From positions 1-43,933 of IMG/VR virus record IMGVR_UViG_3300036861_000320: a stretch of 43,933 bases of DNA, one strand, 5' to 3'. This document shows positions 42,794 to 43,933 of this stretch, one piece after another. Origin of the DNA: a virus. Lineage: Duplodnaviria; Caudoviricetes. The translations under genes and the position numbers were made by a program. The stretch's first letter is position 1; every line of letters starts with the position of its first letter. The notes beneath the pieces are model-generated. The model had not been told where the DNA came from. It made no database searches and saw only the letters and a program-made list of their open reading frames with translations.

Positions 42794-43372
42794 CTAAAGT
42801 AGCGTAACTTCTTGGTTACCGAGGTTGAACATTGAAAAGTTGATCCGTAACCGACCTGGAGAAGGGGTAAGGCTGGTATTGGCCACCACGCTTACCACAG
42901 CCGGGTTTGCAGAGCTGATTCCAAAAACCACCGATAAAGACCCTTGGGAAAGGAGCTGTGTAGGTTTCGGGTCAGTGTCAAACACCTTGGTGCTGAACAC
43001 GCCGGCTTTGTTCAGAACCTGAAACGTCAGAATCCCGGTTTCGAGCTGCAAATTGGTTCCGTCGTATGCCTCAATCGTGTATGTAAGGACGACTGAAGCC
43101 GAGGTATCTGCGTTGACCACGATGCTAAGAAGATTAACAGTTATGTTATCAACAAGAGTCTTGAACCCGCCGATAATCAAACCGTTAATTAGAATGTTCT
43201 CGACCATCCCACTGATCAGACCAACTCCGCCTTTCTTGATCGACACCACAGCCCGGCCAAACCCAGACGATTTCCCTGGTAAAAGATTAAGCTGGCTGCC
43301 TTCTTGGTCATTAACGGCTGGAAAATCCGTACCGGCTTGAATATTAAACTGGGAGGCCGACATTAAAAGCAC
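42794..43372 (-). CDS. Stand-alone paralogue of the fibre C-terminal domain
   Basis: ISSANPAVVSVVANTSLTPSPGRLRINF...LGNQ vs ISAANPAVLSVNADTSLTPSTGYPRITF...LGNQ in the upstream gene. Confidence 0.7.
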   Translation of the reverse strand: MLLMSASQFNIQAGTDFPAVNDQEGSQLNLLPGKSSGFGRAVVSIKKGGVGLISGMVENILINGLIIGGFKTLVDNITVNLLSIVVNADTSASVVLTYTIEAYDGTNLQLETGILTFQVLNKAGVFSTKVFDTDPKPTQLLSQGSLSVVFGISSANPAVVSVVANTSLTPSPGRLRINFSMFNLGNQEVTLL

Positions 43373-43373
43373 C

Positions 43374-43933
43374 TTAAGTTATTGCCTGATTTCCAAGCGC
43401 ATTGTAGGCAAATGTAATCCTCGGGTACCCGGTTGACGGAGTAAGCGAGGTATCGGCATTGACGGAAAGGACGGCTGGATTGGCGGCAGAGATCGCCCAG
43501 GTAGTCGATAAAGTGCCTGACCCGAGGGTCTGTTGCGAGCTGGTTTCTGTCGCTGTAGCTGTGACCGAGCCACCTTGGTTGTTGGCATGGAAGTACACTC
43601 GGCCCACTTCAACCTGGGTATTGGCCGAGCCGTCAACTACTTCAATCAAGTAGTCCAAGATCCCACCATTGGCCGTGCCCGAGGCAACGGTAATGGAAAG
43701 GCAAGTGGTGGCAGAGCCGTCGGTCAACACTTTGTACATATTGGGCACATAGCGCACTAGAGCGGTGTGATCGGTCGTACCGGTGGCCAGGACGTTATCG
43801 CCCATGAGCTGGATTTGCGCCGGGGTCGAGTTGCCTGTCCCTAACCCTGTTGTTAGAATCAGGGCTCCAGCGGCCTTGTCGGTGGCTCCCGAAGTCGCCC
43901 CACCGGACTTAAGAGTTAAACTATTGCCAGCCG
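43374..43933 (-). CDS. Tail fibre-like protein, C-terminal part (begins at 708)
   Basis: Frame is open from the window end through MGDNVLATG... to TAA at 43374. Confidence 0.75.
   Translation of the reverse strand, partial: AGNSLTLKSGGATSGATDKAAGALILTTGLGTGNSTPAQIQLMGDNVLATGTTDHTALVRYVPNMYKVLTDGSATTCLSITVASGTANGGILDYLIEVVDGSANTQVEVGRVYFHANNQGGSVTATATETSSQQTLGSGTLSTTWAISAANPAVLSVNADTSLTPSTGYPRITFAYNALGNQAIT
43794..43933. repeat. Terminal direct repeat, right copy
   Basis: Matches 1-140 except position 43920. Confidence 0.95.

Noticed and set aside
42794-43933. Diversity-generating retroelement TR/VR pair
   Set aside because: No reverse transcriptase; paralogy is old and protein-level, not adenine-specific

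Overview
The window looks like a complete (circularly permuted) ~43.8-kb podovirus-type dsDNA phage genome. Bases 1-140 recur at 43794-43933 with one synonymous mismatch, and a tail-fibre ORF reads across that junction. Layout: (i) minus-strand virion/packaging/lysis genes at 1-12440 and 31687-43933 (N4-gp56-like major capsid, scaffold, portal, TerL, T4-type lysozyme, holin-like proteins, adaptor, nozzle, beta-helix tailspike, ejection proteins including a lytic transglycosylase); (ii) a plus-strand early region of small ORFs at 12748-19600 ending in a truncated sigma-like gene coupled to a tyrosine recombinase; (iii) a small minus-strand nucleotide-metabolism unit; (iv) a plus-strand replication/recombination operon (PD-(D/E)xK nuclease, AAA_24/Sak4-like ATPase, split family A DNA polymerase, metallophosphoesterase, RusA) with no recognisable helicase or primase. 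Most interesting signals: an endonuclease VII-type gene nested out of frame inside the polymerase exonuclease domain while the polymerase frame stays open; a ~490-nt cluster of tRNA-like RNAs lacking a canonical anticodon, including a 266-nt RNA with a duplicated structured domain; a solitary type I-C CRISPR-repeat-like unit shaped like a full crRNA; four copies of a bipartite/tripartite DNA motif arranged as two divergent pairs, possibly read by the sigma-region-2-only protein; and a loxP-like 13-7-13 palindrome next to an IHF consensus site. All protein calls come from recalled motifs and gene order, and all RNA folds are by-eye pairings; no database search or folding program was run.
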